The notes: generated by a model from the sequence alone, not told the origin. Shown: positions 48,823 through 62,375, counted from the stretch's first letter. The stretch is 64,000 bases of DNA from Anthoceros angustus (GCA_010909165.1 VJWM01000173.1:248001-312000); one strand, 5' to 3'. Numbers and translations are program-made.

Positions 48823-49938
48823 TGGAGTGTATGTAATGTCGACCATGAAGAATATTCTTCAAACAATGTATTTTGGAAAATATTTTAAAAATGAAGATGA
48901 GTCATGCAGTTAAAGTCAATGAGATATGGGGAAATTTCTTCTTGTCTTATTGTGATTAAAATGCACTAGAATTATAAAAGGATGGGAGACCTCATGCATC
49001 TGCCCAACAACCATGGTGAACAATGACACATCCATCCGTCTTGCAAATTGCCATGAGAAGCATGCCTACATCTATTACGCACATTCAATGTCGTTCCCTC
49101 ATGCAAGACTTCCAAGTATACATCATCCAAATATCTTGCTTCTCATAACAGTTGAACAAGATAGCGGTTGTTGATTTGCAACAAACGCCTACGGTTTGGA
49201 GGTGGCTTCCCTCTTGCCCCAACCAACATATGCATGTTCTAAGTAATAGTGTTCGCTGCGTGGATCCTTAGCTGGGGTTCGACAACTGGAAGGAACCTGT
49301 AGTTCAAGAACATGTGTTCAATTGTCGCAAAAATCACTAAGGAGCAGACAACATGTATTTATAGCAAGTGCTGACTATAGTAGTTATTTGAATAAAGAGC
49401 AGCTGCATGATTCTTTAGTTTTCCCCTTTCGTCTTGGATATTTCCATAGCAGCTGCACACGAATAGTGAGATCATAACAATACTTGCACATAGTTGGCAT
49501 CGATAAAGGGAATGAGGACAAGATATTTATCCAACAAGATTAAGACCCTAGTGAAGCCATAAGCAAATAACGTCCTGCACTCTAGCTTTGACATTGCCAT
49601 TGAGAACTAGGACGAATTCAGACAAGAACAACTTTTTGCAAACTCGAACTAGGACGACTTCAGACAAAAACAATTTTTTGCAAACTTTTGATTTTTCGCT
49701 GGGCAAAGGAGATATAAAATAATGTAGGAACTATATACAAGGAAGAAAATTCTGACTACATAATAGACTTCTTCTTCTTTTACATGAAGAATGTAAGAAA
49801 TGTTTATATAGACCATGGCAAGATGTGGACACATGTCCATGCCAACTTTCAGGCCATGAAGTTGTAGAGTAACACAGAATAATACAATGCTTTTTACGGG
49901 ACGTGCAACAAGTCCAATAAACTGGGCTTCGGTGAGCC

Positions 49939-51238
49939 CTACAGGAACCGCTCAAAGTACTTGTCTACGGTAGTGTATTGAACCTCCGGAAACAGCTCCG
50001 TTGCCTCCACACCATCAGGCGGAATGTCAAAGTTGCTTTGGTCTCCGCTGATGAAATTTGCGTAGTGTATACTGAATCTGATCTTTGTCCATACATCTGC
50101 AGGGTCTGCATCTGCAGCAGAGCAGTACTTGGTTTCAGCCCTGTGACACCGAATGCCAAGTCATTTCGGACATCTGCAGTTTAGCAGGACAGGCTCACCT
50201 TCGATTTTCTTCAACACATCGTCCTTCTCCAGTTGGATCTTTTCAAGCTTGTGTCCGGATTTTTTCTCCCACAGCTCCACCAGCTCTCCGTGAGAGAGGA
50301 GGTTCTTTGCAGGTCTCAGGTGAAGTACCTTGTTCTCAGCTCTGGAATCAACTGCAGCCTTCACAGTATATACCCCAATATCATCTTCTTCCACATGGTA
50401 CGCTGCAAAACAGCCAGTGCCCGCTCTCAAACAGAGTGGAAATCACTCACTAAACACACTGAATTGTTTGCAAGCGGTTGCGGGTATCATAGCACACCTT
50501 TAGCATGTCCCACTACGAAGGCCTTGTCCGTGGGTGGTGAGCCGATAGCAGACTGTCCCAGATTTGCTACATGCCACCCGGCGAATGAGTTGCTGACAAC
50601 GAAGGTGTGGGGAATTCCTGCCTCCTTCACAGCCTCCCGTATGTGGAGCTTGTGCTGAACAGCAGATTGAAAGATAGGCGGACTTCCTGGATAAAAGGCT
50701 CTGGTCAACTCCGTACCGAACTCCGATGGAAGGAATCTCTACAAGGACGCACGGATAACCGTTCCACTGAATCTGGATCATGAGCCCAATGTTGCACGGA
50801 ACACCTTGCGTCACATCTATCCACAGGCTCACCTTGATGTGCCCAACCTGCTTGATTGCCTCAACCAGCTTAAGCTGGCCCTCCCCCAGTTGAGATAATC
50901 CTACAGCCGAGATGACGACATCAACCCTCTTCAAAGCGTCAATCAGGCTGTCGTGGTCCTCCAAATCCCCCTGCGCCACAGTCACCACCGAGATTGAGAC
51001 ACAAATCCACCTCTGCAGCCACTCAATTACTGTGAGACTGTCAGTGACTAGTACATACATGGAGAATCGTGACACCAGCTGCTTGGAGCGACTCCACCAC
51101 CTCAGCCTTTGCAGAATCGGTCGCAGAAGCTGGCCGAACGAGAGCAAAAGTTGGGTGGCCCAGTCCAGCGCTGGCCTTGGCAATGTGCTTGCCGATGTAC
51201 CCAGTAGCTCCGAGCACCAGCACCTTGTCTAGCCCCAT
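49939..51238 (-). CDS. PIP-family NmrA-like reductase (phenylcoumaran benzylic ether reductase / isoflavone reductase-like), ~311 aa
   Basis: VLVLGATGYIG, GHPTFALVR, VDVVISAVG, KRFLPSEFG, Lys in HKLHIRE, ELVELWEKKSG, LFPEVQYTTVDKY. Exons 51238-51059, 50970-50833, 50738-50498, 50402-50199, 50111-49939 (936 nt). Confidence 0.93.
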
Positions 51239-52304
51239 CACGACTCAGCCAAGCTGAGCATTCGATTCCTCACAAGTGAAGCAAGCTCAATTAACCCCTC
51301 TGCAAAATCCCTGTGAAACTCAATCGCTCGGTAGAAGGCTTCCAATTCCCGCAGGATGCTACCATTTTGTATGAGGAGTAGCGACGAGCGCTCGGAAGTT
51401 CCAGGAAGGAACAGCAGAAACTTCCTCACTGGATGGGCAGGAACCTCCTCGCTGTGACAAACCTAGTACCTCGTGTACCTCGTTACTTGAGGTCTGATCT
51501 TTTTGCACAAGTACGTAAGTTCTTGTTATGTGTTTTGTCCAGGGACCAGTGTAATGGTTTTTGGAACCTCCACCTGCCCCTTCCCTTCTGTCGCCAGGCA
51601 CCTTCCACATGGACTCTGTTTTGTTACGGCCATCACTGTTCACATTCACTGCAGCACAAGCTCATGGACTAGTTAAGCACGTATCGCTTTATAGATTTTA
51701 GATTAGAGCTGTTCCAGGCAGAGGTTATCGGTGCTCAGGAGGACCACCGCCTAGAGCTGGAGTCCTACAATGTAATCGTCTCATATCACCCCTTTGCAAT
51801 ATGTACCTAGACAAGCTAGAAACGATTCCTCAGGATTTCTTGGAAATTCAATGGAGTCATTCTGCAATGTTGCGTTTGGAGATTGTAGACTGTAATTGGG
51901 GCAAAACTTTAGCTTCACGAGTCCAGAGCTCGAGGCCCACGTCAAAGTTCTCCACCCTGTAGAGCAGAAAGAGTTGGGCTCAAATCAACACATGGTCCAG
52001 TGTGGATGGAAGGTCTCGTTGACGACATTTGTCAAAGCAGCCGTCAAAGGGCGTGAGAGGATTTACAGCCGAATTGCCACGTTCCAAAACTCAAAGAGGA
52101 ATATTACAGATCGAAGAAAGTATCAGCTATATCGTTGAACGTCGGACTAGGAAGCCGACTGTACGACTCTACTGGTCCCACTCCCAATCACATCCACCGG
52201 CTCCATTTAGTCCCGTCATATTCACCAGCTCCCATTCCATTTAACTTGTGTAGGGTTAGGGTTGGGTAAAGTTTGCTCAAAGATCTGAGAAACATCTGGA
52301 TGCC

Positions 52305-54848
52305 ATGGCGGAGTCTCAAGTCGTGCAGGAGCTGTTGGATTTTCTGAATGCTTCTCCAACCCCGTTTCATGCTGTTCGTGAGTTGTTCTCACTTTATTGG
52401 CTCTCGTCTGGTCTGCCAGCTACTGTAGTTTTGTGGTGTTCAGTTCGTGTTCAGAATGGAGAACTGGTGAACTGGAGAGTTCTGAATCAGCAAAAGGTCC
52501 TTTGGCGTCGGACATGGTTTGTTTTTCGGTTTGTTTGTGAAGTTCGTGCGAGTTTTTGACAGGCTTGCTTGTGTTTCATGGATGGGTTGTAGGAGAAGCG
52601 GCAACTCGGCTCGAAGCTGCAGGGTTTTACCGGCTCTCAGAGAGAGAGCCGTGGAAGTGCAAGACAGGGGATAAATGTTACTTCACTCGCAATTTTTCCA
52701 CAATCGCTGCATTTGCTATAGGACATAAGTAAGGTGCCTGACCTTCGTGTTCAGCTTTGTTTAGTCCTGCTCGAGGAATCAGGGACAACAGGTCTGCAGT
52801 TTCATTCTGACCAAGATGCTGCCTTTGATGTAGGTATAGAGCCGGCAATGGCTACTACATAGTAGGTGCGCATACGGATAGTCCATGCCCAAAACTGAAG
52901 CCCAAAACTAAGGTATGGGGACCATATCTCGTACAGGTCTTCACCTAAGCAAGTAGATATCAACGGTGCCTGTGGTAGAACAGCTTTTAAATAAAGAGTT
53001 TGTGTGTTTGTGTTGTCGAAGGTCAGTAAAGGGGGTTTCCTGGAAGTGGGAGTGCAAACATACGGAGGGGGCCTGTGGCATACCTGGTTCGACCGAGATC
53101 TGACAATTGCAGGAAGGGTAGTGGTAAAACGAGTTAAGGAGGGTGCTGGCGACCCACCTGCCTTGGGAGAGGTAACGTACTCTCATGAGCTCGTCAACCT
53201 GAAGGAACCAATTCTTCGCATTCCCACGTTGGCAATACATCTGGACAGGTACTGCACCTGACCAGCCTGTCAGCATTAACCAAGTTCACTCATCCCTCTA
53301 CGAATTTCTGAAGCTTTTTCTTTTGATGAACAGAAATGTGAATGATGGATTCAAGATCAACACACAACTCCATCTCGATCCTGTGTTGGCTACAGCCATC
53401 AAGGTACGCCAGAACTTGCTGCATTGTTGTGGTCGGCCTGTTTTTCCTGTTTTGAGTGCGTGCTCTAAACTCAATCTTGTCCTCAGGCCGTAGTCAACAA
53501 GCCTGCAACCAAGCCAGCTGAACCCAATGAAATTTCTGATGGCAAAGTAATCAAGGCGAAGACTGTGAAAGTTGAGGAACTGGAGGAGACCAGACACCAT
53601 CCTATTCTGTTACAGGCAAGATTTTTGAGCATGTACTACAGCATCGCTTCTATGGGCTTTCTCACTGCGTTTTGTACTTACTCTGGCATACGATTTTCCA
53701 AGTGCAGCTTCTTGCCTCTGAAATTGGGTGTGAAGCAGAGGAGATTGCCGAATTTGAGCTGCAAGTTTGTGACACACAACCCAGTGCATTGGGTGGTGCT
53801 TTGAAAGAGTTCATCTTTTCTGGTCGGTTGGACAACCTCTGCATGTCATTCTGCGCGCTGAAGGTATCTGCCCTGCTCACGCGATTCTGGTCCTGCATTG
53901 GAGATGAGATTTGTCATTTAGCCTGAAGCTTAGGCAGATCTTCTGTTCCACTCTTCCAGGCTTTCGTAGATTCCACCAGTGACCACGACCTGGAGGAGGA
54001 GGAGGGAGTGAGAATGGTTGCACTTTTTGACCATGAGGAGGTGGGATCAGATTCGGCACAGGGTGCAGGATCACCAGTGATGTTCGATGCGTTGAAACGG
54101 ATAACGTCCTCGTTCTTGGATGAGAGCCAGTACTTTCAACAAGTAAGCTTCAGTAACAACCTTTGCTGTCTAAGGATATGTTCCTCCCACCTGTCTTCTG
54201 TACAGTGCATGAAGGTTGTCGACATGGGCAGGGTTCGATTGAGCAAGCAATTCAGAGGAGCTTCGTGGTCTCAGCGGATATGGCACACTGCCTACATCCG
54301 AATTACCAGGTAACCAGACCTAACCTCCTCCTTGCTTGAAGAAAAGCTCATTCCATGATAAGCGAGAGACGTCACGGGTGCCACACCGCAGGACAAGCAT
54401 GAGGAAAATCATCAACCGAGGATGCACAAGGGGTTGGTCATCAAGCACAACGCAAATCAACGATATGCCACCAATGCCGTCACTGCCTTCCTATTCCGAG
54501 AAATCGCTAAAAGGCATGGGATACCAACTCAAGTAAGAAATGGCATCACCCTGGATTCTTTGTCCCGTCTTCTCTCTCTGTGATTGTACCTTACACTTTG
54601 ACTTCGTGACACTCCTTTCCCTCCAGGATTTTGTTGTCCGCAACGATATGCCTTGCGGCTCAACCATTGGGCCAATCTTAGCCAGTGGCGTGGGGGTCAG
54701 AACGGTGGACATCGGTATACCACAGCTGTCGATGCACAGCATAAGAGAGATGTGTGGGGTTGGTGACGTAGCCCATGCGTACTCTCATCTTGCAGCCTTC
54801 TACAGAGAGTTTGGGAAGCTGGACAAGCAGGCAGCTTTTGATTTTTAG
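52305..54848 (+). CDS. Aspartyl aminopeptidase (peptidase M18, DNPEP-like), ~497 aa, 11 exons
   Basis: [80 protein letters not shown]. Exons 52305-52377, 52593-52728, 52834-52912, 53022-53248, 53334-53403, 53487-53615, 53708-53863, 53960-54142, 54232-54309, 54392-54532, 54627-54848 (1494 nt). Confidence 0.95.
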
Positions 54849-54942
54849 CTATCTATGCATATTCCTCTGGACCATTGTCCTCCCCCAATCTTGAGTTATC
54901 GCGCCCTCCCTGAAAGACGATGTGAAGCTGGAATAATCTTTG

Positions 54943-56988
54943 CTACAACGCTGGCAATCCCAGACGTCCGCTTGGGCTGTATGGCAGTGGATCCAACGAA
55001 GGTTTACACCCTACGATCATTTGCACCACCAGTTCTGCTGTTCCAAGAGCCTGGCAGTGTGTCACGCACAGAACAGAGCAGACCATAGCAGGATGTCAGG
55101 CATGTCCTGCAGTTTGAGCGAGTCATTGAATTGTCAACATGGTGGTCTACTTTGCCTTACCATGCAGAGACCCGATCCTTCATGTCCCGCAGCCAAGAGA
55201 AGCCCTGGAAAGCCAGGGACTGGTCCTATAATTGGTCTCCCATCTAAGCCTGCACACAAGAGTCCAAAGAGATTCAGATCAGACGCAGCCTGCACATGTA
55301 TTGTCCGAGACTAGAATGTGAGGGACTCACAGAAAGGACGGAGGCCTATCCTCACTCGCCCCTTATCAAAGGCTTCCTCCAAGGAGATCTCTGCCAAGGC
55401 CGGCAAAAATTTTGCCACCCGCTGGAACATTCGCTCCACAACGTTTCTATCTGGAGTGAGGTCAAAGCCCTTAAACTCCCTGCTGCTACCCAGGAGAAGA
55501 TCGCCGGAGAGGCCCATAGTAGCAGTCATGGCCACGGCAGCTGTGGCCGAAGATAAACTGGAGCTTGCGGCGCCAGAGGAATAGTTCGATGTGTACTCGA
55601 ACTCCATCAGTGCATGCTTGAGCTGAACATGGGGCAAGCCTTTGAGCAACAGCAAGTGACCCTGCAGCGAGACACCAGTCAGCACTCGGAGCTGCAAAAC
55701 CCACAACACTAAAAAGGAAGTAGCACAGAGGAACCTCACTTTGCGGGGCAAGATGGGTGGAACTACAGGCACGTTGTGCTCCTTAGCCAATTTGGACATG
55801 AAGATGGAACTCCATGCACCCGTGGCTACCACAACCTTCTCCTTTGCAAACAGTAGTAGTCTGTCAGATGTTCTTAGACCCTGAATGCTGCCATCTTGGG
55901 GAGAACTGCAGGAAAGAAAGGATACCACGGTGGGCATCCCCGTCCATGCAGCTCGAAACCAGAGACCACGGACTTACCGGAAGAGGTGGTCGACAGGGTC
56001 ATTGAATACTTCCTCGTACCGCCCACAACATTTGAAAGAGGCATTCCTCTGCTGGACAGCAGGGTTGTGAGAAGATGCAAGTAGAATTGCGAGATGGATA
56101 CGGACAGGGAGAGAAGAATTCACCTGCCTGAGCAGATCCACTGTGAGCTGGGCGTCTAACTGGCTGTCTCCAGGCACCAGTGCGGCACCACCGTCATCTG
56201 GCACCGAGAGGGCAGGCTCCTCCTGATGTGCCTCGGAAGGAGACAAATACTGGGCTGCTACTCCGAAAGATGGCAGGGATGCCACACACTTCTTCAGAGC
56301 TTCAGCTTGCCCGTGCGTGGAGGCCACCAGCAGACTCCCTAACAAACAGCAAGCTCACAGCTGAGCTAACGTTACCTGACCTCTTGCACTGCATAGTAGG
56401 CAGACAGGGAGTCCCAGCCATCAGATCACTTGATCATCAAACTCACACCACCAACAGCACTACAAGAACGCTCCAGTTACCAGTATTCCTCCACCCGACA
56501 GCATCAAGAGGGTCCACGCCAGATGCATGCAAATCCGCTACAAGCTGCTCCCACAGCTGCTTGCTTCGACTAGCCAGAGCCCAGCCAGGGGTCCCCGGCT
56601 GCCGGTGTCCCAGCCAGATGTATCCCTGCCCTGGCTGCCACTCAATGTCAGAGTCTGCCTATAAGTTGCATTTGTGAAACAAAGCTTGGGAAGACACGGC
56701 TGCAGCACGACCCAGCCCACCAGCTCCAGTAGCTCCGGCGCACGGCGTCGCAGCATCGACCACGGCCACAGAGTACTTGGTGTTGGAAAGAATTGAGTTG
56801 GCAATGGCGAGGCCTATGATGCCAGCCCCTGCAATGACCACATCATACTCCCTGCTGGTCCCAGAAGCTGCTGCTGTCATGGTAACTTTGCATCTTCTTG
56901 AATGCAGATGCCCAGCAGAACGTCCACGACAGGGAAGTGCCCACGCTGCTTCTGGGCACGTCAACCTGAATCTAACGAGGGCCTCCAT
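54943..56988 (-). CDS. FAD-dependent oxidoreductase, DAO/glycine-oxidase family, probable organellar transit peptide, ~465 aa
   Basis: YDVVIAGAGIIG dinucleotide-binding motif, GATGAGQGYIW, VVVATGAW, PRKGHLL, LLGSSREF, GLRP, GHEGSGL. Exons 56988-56721, 56630-56481, 56338-56124, 56048-55978, 55905-55740, 55661-55331, 55249-55161, 55050-54943 (1398 nt). Confidence 0.9.
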
Positions 56989-57619
56989 GTTTCCCTTATG
57001 ACATTTCCACAAGATGTATGAGATATGAAGGGTCTGGTTCAAGTTCAATCCTCTTCACTCTTATAGCATCACTGATCAGGCATGCCAAGACCTACATGCA
57101 TATGTGAAGGCATCGTGTCGAAACAAAGCATGTGTCGGAATAAAAGCATCGAGTCGAAACAAACAGGTTCTACAGCCTTGTCTTTTTGAGCTGCATCTAC
57201 AAGTTTAGCCCCTAAACGTCGCAGTGTCTTTTCACCCTTTTCCGACAATTTATAGTTATTATGGAATAGTTTACTCCACAAAAATCGGACTGTGTTGCTT
57301 CACCATGGCAAGTACTACCGGCCTAAGATGTATACAGACATGTGCCCGCAAAAAAGACACACCAACTCATGCTCCGTTCATGAATTTTGGAAGCCATTTC
57401 CAACTACCCACGATCCTACACGAGCACGAACATCTTTGCTCGGTTCCACTACTATGCCGATCAGCTTCTTGAGCAAACCGGAGGAGGAGGGAGAAGAGCA
57501 CAGCAAGATCATGCTACCAAAAAATGGGGCTCATCGAACATTTTCTGAAGGGGAAATTCAGGCCCCCACAGCTGTCCCAAGATCACCAAAACTAACACTA
57601 CCACAGACAAAGAGAGTGT

Positions 57620-57840
57620 GGTTCGAGCATCCTCCAAACTCCCACACTTCGTATACATGTTAATCAGGCAGCTCCCAATGAACATATCAGCTTCAAGCTC
57701 TCTTTCACAAATATGCAAGTGAGCCCCCATCCCTTGCTCCAAAGCACCTACACTCCCACACGCTTAACTCAGCCCCATAAACGTAACATGACCCGCTGCA
57801 ACCATGCCCTCCCTCTCCATAACCCCATAGAGAGCTGGAA
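57620..57840 (-). pseudogene. PLS-class PPR gene fragment
   Basis: ALYGVMEREG...VTFMGLS*ACGSVGALEQGMGAHLHICERELEADMFIGSCLINMYTKCGSLEDAR: one L motif and part of an S motif, with an in-frame stop. Confidence 0.8.
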
Positions 57841-57939
57841 ACGTGAAAGAATCTTTTTGAAAACTCACAGACTCTTCAAGAAACAATCCATTACTATGTG
57901 AACATTGATTTGATGGTTCTGAGTTTTAGTGCATTAGAA

Positions 57940-58632
57940 AGGCACTTTCTCGCATTTGCACCCATGATGCCATCCGCGATGTCAGGTTCGTCATTGCTCG
58001 CGAAAGCAGCTACATGGTCAGGCGGGAGCAGGGTACACTCTTTCGCACAGGTCGATCAATCAGGGCTGACTTGTACCTCGTCTACGGCGACCAGGTTTCG
58101 GTGGCGAACGTGGTGGTCACTGACCCTACATGCGACACCATCTCTGCACAGGTGATCACTAACCGTCTAGGTTGGGCTACTGCCAGAGCGGCGGCTATTA
58201 AAGTTAGGAAATATAGTGGGATGCAAGCGGACCACCAATTCATGTCGCTCGCCCTTGAAACATATGGGGCTTTGGCTAAGGACTTCGATACTTTTCTCAA
58301 GTCTTCCGCCAAGGCTTATCATGCCCGCAGGCACGGTGCAAGGCTGTCCCTCTCCTACTTTACGACATTCTTCAGACAGCAAGTCTCAATGGCTCTTCAA
58401 CAGGCCCTCTTTACGGCGATCATCCACAAAGTGGCGATAACAGGTTGCATCCTCCTCTACCTCTGTAGTTTGTTGGCTGTTTTTCCTTCTTGCGTTTGAC
58501 ATCGTAGGTGCAGTCAGTAACTTCCGGTAGGGAACTTAGTTTCTCTTTTCACTTCGACCTTCAAGCTCCCTCTTGGTTGTCCTCTATTGGATGGGACTTT
58601 CGTCCCCTCAACTTTTTCCCCTAAATAAAACT
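57940..58632 (+). mobile_element. 3' part of a CRE-like RLE non-LTR retrotransposon (best-preserved RLE domain in the window)
   Basis: THDAIRDV...RADLY...VANVVVTDP...KVRKY...FMSLALETYGAL...FFRQQVSMALQQAL, the R-P/A-D...D...K..KY RLE pattern. 3' hairpin GGGAC-TTTC-GTCCC followed by AAATAAAA. Confidence 0.8.
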
Positions 58633-59639
58633 AGAACATACCTACATTCTTGGACTATGTGTTGTGTTGTTTTCACAAAAAAAATAAAATATTTTGATAA
58701 ATGCTATTCCTTTTTTTTTTAATGAAGCGCATAGTCAACAAAATGGTCTTTCGAACGTACTAAAACCCATAATTATCGGATAAGTACTCGAGTAATAATG
58801 GCTCCCTTCTTTTAAGCGGCTTTTGAGGTTTTTAAAAGATCCTTTCACATTTCGATAGGATATATTGGTCAAAAGTTTTCCATTATTCTCTATAATGTAG
58901 AAGGCCGAATTCACTACAAAGGTTAGGCTTAACATGAACTAGTGTCATACAAAAATTATGTATAATGTTAAAGAACATGAGTCAAGACTCTCGATTTGGG
59001 TGGATCGGGCATTCTAAGATTAAGTCTGCCCAACATATACCATCAATTTACACCTCATGACCTCAATCCAAAAAAAAATTATTTAGCTCTTTTTTAGATA
59101 ATCTGTGCTGGGCGTCGTTGAGGTTAGCGTCGCAAATGAATCTAAACATATATCGACCTTAATTTAGGGTAGCTCCCCCCAACCACGTCGCATGTAACAC
59201 TCTTCCCAACTGCCTAGATGTTGTCACATGGATTGTCCCTCCAGATATCTTCGGCGATCTTGAATCCAACTACGGCAACTTCATCAACAAGGCAACTATG
59301 CTAGAAAACTTGATCCCGTTGCTGAATGCTGCCGTAATCCAACCCTAACGCCTCAACAAAGAGGGCTGATCAATCCAGTTTAACAACTCAACCATAGTGA
59401 TAATATTGCAAGCTCGTCTTATACTCTTGCAGACACCTTGAAGTGAGACTCGTAAGTCTTTTTTCGCCAATTGTTTTCCGAATATTTTCCTAAAACTGTG
59501 GAACTCATGCTCCTGCATCTCCAACTTTTCTTTATGTCTTCCATTTGAGTTTTCATGCCATCTTCGTCCTTTATTGCCGCACTCAAAGGTGTTGCAAAAC
59601 CACTGACATTGGACAAAGATAATAACCAAGACAAGAAAA

Positions 59640-60000
59640 TCTATCTCAAGTATCCCTTGAAGAGTGTGCCTAGTGCAAGTATAGCAAATCTAGGGCCTTT
59701 GCCCAACAAACCCTTCATTGCCATAGGCATCAAATGCTGCAAAAGCATATGAAATGTATGTGATTTCAAACCTAAACATCCACCTAGGACTGTCAAAATA
59801 TTTGTTAATGAGCTGGAATAACCTTGTGGAGCCCAAATGTGTTCAATGCGATTAGAAAATAATTCTCATTCATCTTGCTTCAAAACATGCAGAGTAGATT
59901 CCAATTCCTCCTTCTGTATCATTTTTTCATTTTCTTCTTCAAGCCATAAATCTCCGGATATCCCAACTTTGTCCAGATCCAAGCGCGCTGCGACAAAAAT
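59640..60000 (-). mobile_element. CACTA/En-Spm transposase (TnpD/Tnp2) remnant
   Basis: Degenerate translation AARLDLDKVGISGDLW...APQGYSSSL...LGLKSHTFHMLLQHLMPMAMKGLL...RFAILALGTLF matches the conserved PDGYSSN / GLKSHD.H.LMQ block. Confidence 0.8.
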
Positions 60001-60004
60001 AGCT

Positions 60005-60385
60005 GCTTATTCGACATCTTTAACTGATACTATGTCGAATAAATGACATTAAAAGTTTATGAAAGTTCATGTCGAATAATGAGAATACTATTTGACATAA
60101 TTAATTATTCGATATACTGCATTCGACATACCTATTTATTTGACACATTGCATTCGACATACCTATTTATTTGACACATTGCATTCGACATACCTATTTG
60201 TTTGACACATTGCATCCACATTTCTACTTATTTGACATATTGCATTCCACATACATACCTACTTATTTAACACATGTTATTCGACATCTTATTATTTAAC
60301 ATTTTATTTGATACACCTTATTATTTGACACATCTTATTCGCACTGTATTCGACATCGTCGGGGACATAGTTTGTCATTTGACAC
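60005..60385. repeat. AT-rich repeat cluster (TATTCGACA/TATTTGACA), including a 31-bp tandem unit
   Basis: TTTGACACATTGCATTCGACATACCTATTTA about x3 at 60120-60215, with many TATT(C/T)GACA words. Resembles DNA-transposon subterminal repeats next to the CACTA remnant. Confidence 0.75.
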
Positions 60386-61222
60386 AACCTAGTATAACCT
60401 TTTCATCTTATTCAGTACCATTCCTCTCCGTTGCTTCCGGACTGGGTCCCGATTGTTTTCTTTCGTTGGGAACAATCTGGCCCTTATTTCCTTGAGGCAC
60501 CGTTTCAATATCTAAGATCAGGGTGGTGAGAAACCAAACATCCTAGGTGTACGCTATAAATAACTGTTTGAGGGCTGTAGAGTGAATAATCAAGTAAACT
60601 CTGCCTACTTCTTGTCGTCTCCTACAAATACAGTGAATAGCAGGTAAGAAAGTCATAGAACCACCGTTGCCCATCTTCCATCCTAGAGGGAGTTGGTCTT
60701 GTCCAGACTTTCACCTTATGTCTTCAGTTTTAAATTGATACATAGGCAAGAAACGAGCAAGTCAGAAAATGCATTTGTCTTATGAGTACGGGATTTATGG
60801 GTTGAAAATTTAGATGCGATTTGTTTTATGAGTACAAAATTTATTCGGGTTGGAAATTTAGATGGCTTTCGAAGACGAGCCAAGCTTAAATGAGAATTTG
60901 GATGTTTGAAACTTAACTTAAGGAAAGTGTCACTCTAGAAAGATGAGGACTAACTCTGACGGGCTTTTTAGTAAGACTATTTACCTTACTAGAAATCCTC
61001 GCTAGCACTTCTTGTAAGCTAAACTAGCTAAAGGTAAATGAAAAAGCTGCTCAAAGTTGAAGCGAAGCTAGTGAAAATGAAAAAAAAAAAAAAGAAGAAA
61101 AATGAAGTCGACTTTAGCAATCCTATCATCATCATCTTCTAAAATTCTTCTTCTTCTTCTTTTATCATCACAAAATGTGAGTGATTGGTACTTCCATCAG
61201 CTAGCTAAATAATTTTTCCCTT

Positions 61223-62133
61223 AATGGCAAACCTATGGTCGTCCTACAAAGGTGTATACTTGTGTACCTTGGTAGTCGCGCATCCCTCCACCGGCCAGCC
61301 CAGAGGATTGATAATGACATGCTCACAAATGGAGTTCCGGGAAATGTCCGTCACGACGACATCCGCAACAGAGATTTGTTCCCCCCGGATATAGAACCGC
61401 CTTGACTGACACCCCATTGCGCAAGATATATGGATTCTCCTTGTATGAAAAATAACCGTTCTCCTTGGCCATCGAGAACATGACATCGCGAACAGCGTCA
61501 TGCGTAGCGATACGTTGCCCTCTAACAATGAGCCAGGTGGGACCCTGAGTCAGGGGGGCCCCAAAGCTGCAAGCTGAGAGAGAATAGGCCAGAGGTTGGA
61601 CCAAACCCCGACGGAACCTCATCGCAGTAGAAAAAGAAGCTGGTGCGATTCGGAACACCTGGATGCAAGGCCAAGCTAAAAGCCAGAAGCCTGCTTTCTT
61701 CCCCGAGCAAGAGTGGATGCGGGCACGAACAGGACGGGGAATAGTAGATTCCAGAAGGATTGCCCGTTGCGTTTGCTGTACTGCTTCTCCTGGAGAGAGG
61801 CCTGAAGGCCACGTAGCCCTTCCATGGAAAACGAGGAAAAGGGAGGCATGGCCGCCCTAGCCTCGGAGGAAGGGAGTCCCTGTCCAACTTAAGGGAAGCC
61901 TGCAAAGGGAAGGCCCCCTCCTCAACATCCGAGATAAAGGCCTCCAAGATGGGAACATCCCGGATTAAGAAACGAGCGGTGAAGACGTGGGAGGAAAGGG
62001 CCCAGCTGCTAAGGAAGGCCGCCGACACTGAGGCCTCCATGGCCAGCAGACCTTTGCCCCCAAAAAGCGATAGGAAGGGACGCCTGCCACTTTCGTGATT
62101 ACCCGTCACCATGTCAAACGTTTCGTTGAACAC
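61223..62133 (-). mobile_element. CRE-like non-LTR retrotransposon fragment: RT thumb region, zinc knuckle, N-terminal half of RLE (frameshifted)
   Basis: GGKGLLAMEASVSAAFLSSWALS; RARIHSC...AGFWL...FSTAMRFRRGL; RIATHDAVRDVMFSMAKENG; VADVVVTD...KVHKY. Confidence 0.8.
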
Positions 62134-62375
62134 ACTCGATTATTTGTTGGCTACCTACCCTATGCTTGAATTTTGTCCTTGTAATTTTACAAAAATAAGT
62201 ATTAATTAGCAAGTAGTCATTTAATCAAATATCTAGACATCCATTTGGTGCATATGTATCAGTAGTTCTTTGCATAGGCATTCCTTGAATTTTCTTACTA
62301 TCTTTTGTTTATTGTATAGATAGAAACAAGATGAAGTATCATATGCTTGTAGATAAGTAGTATGAAGTTTGGGAA

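Noticed and set aside
7266-56988. Possible biosynthetic gene cluster (ABCG, P450, reductase, oxidoreductase)
   Set aside because: The genes belong to unrelated conserved pathways (sporopollenin export, sterol desaturation) and are interspersed with housekeeping genes.
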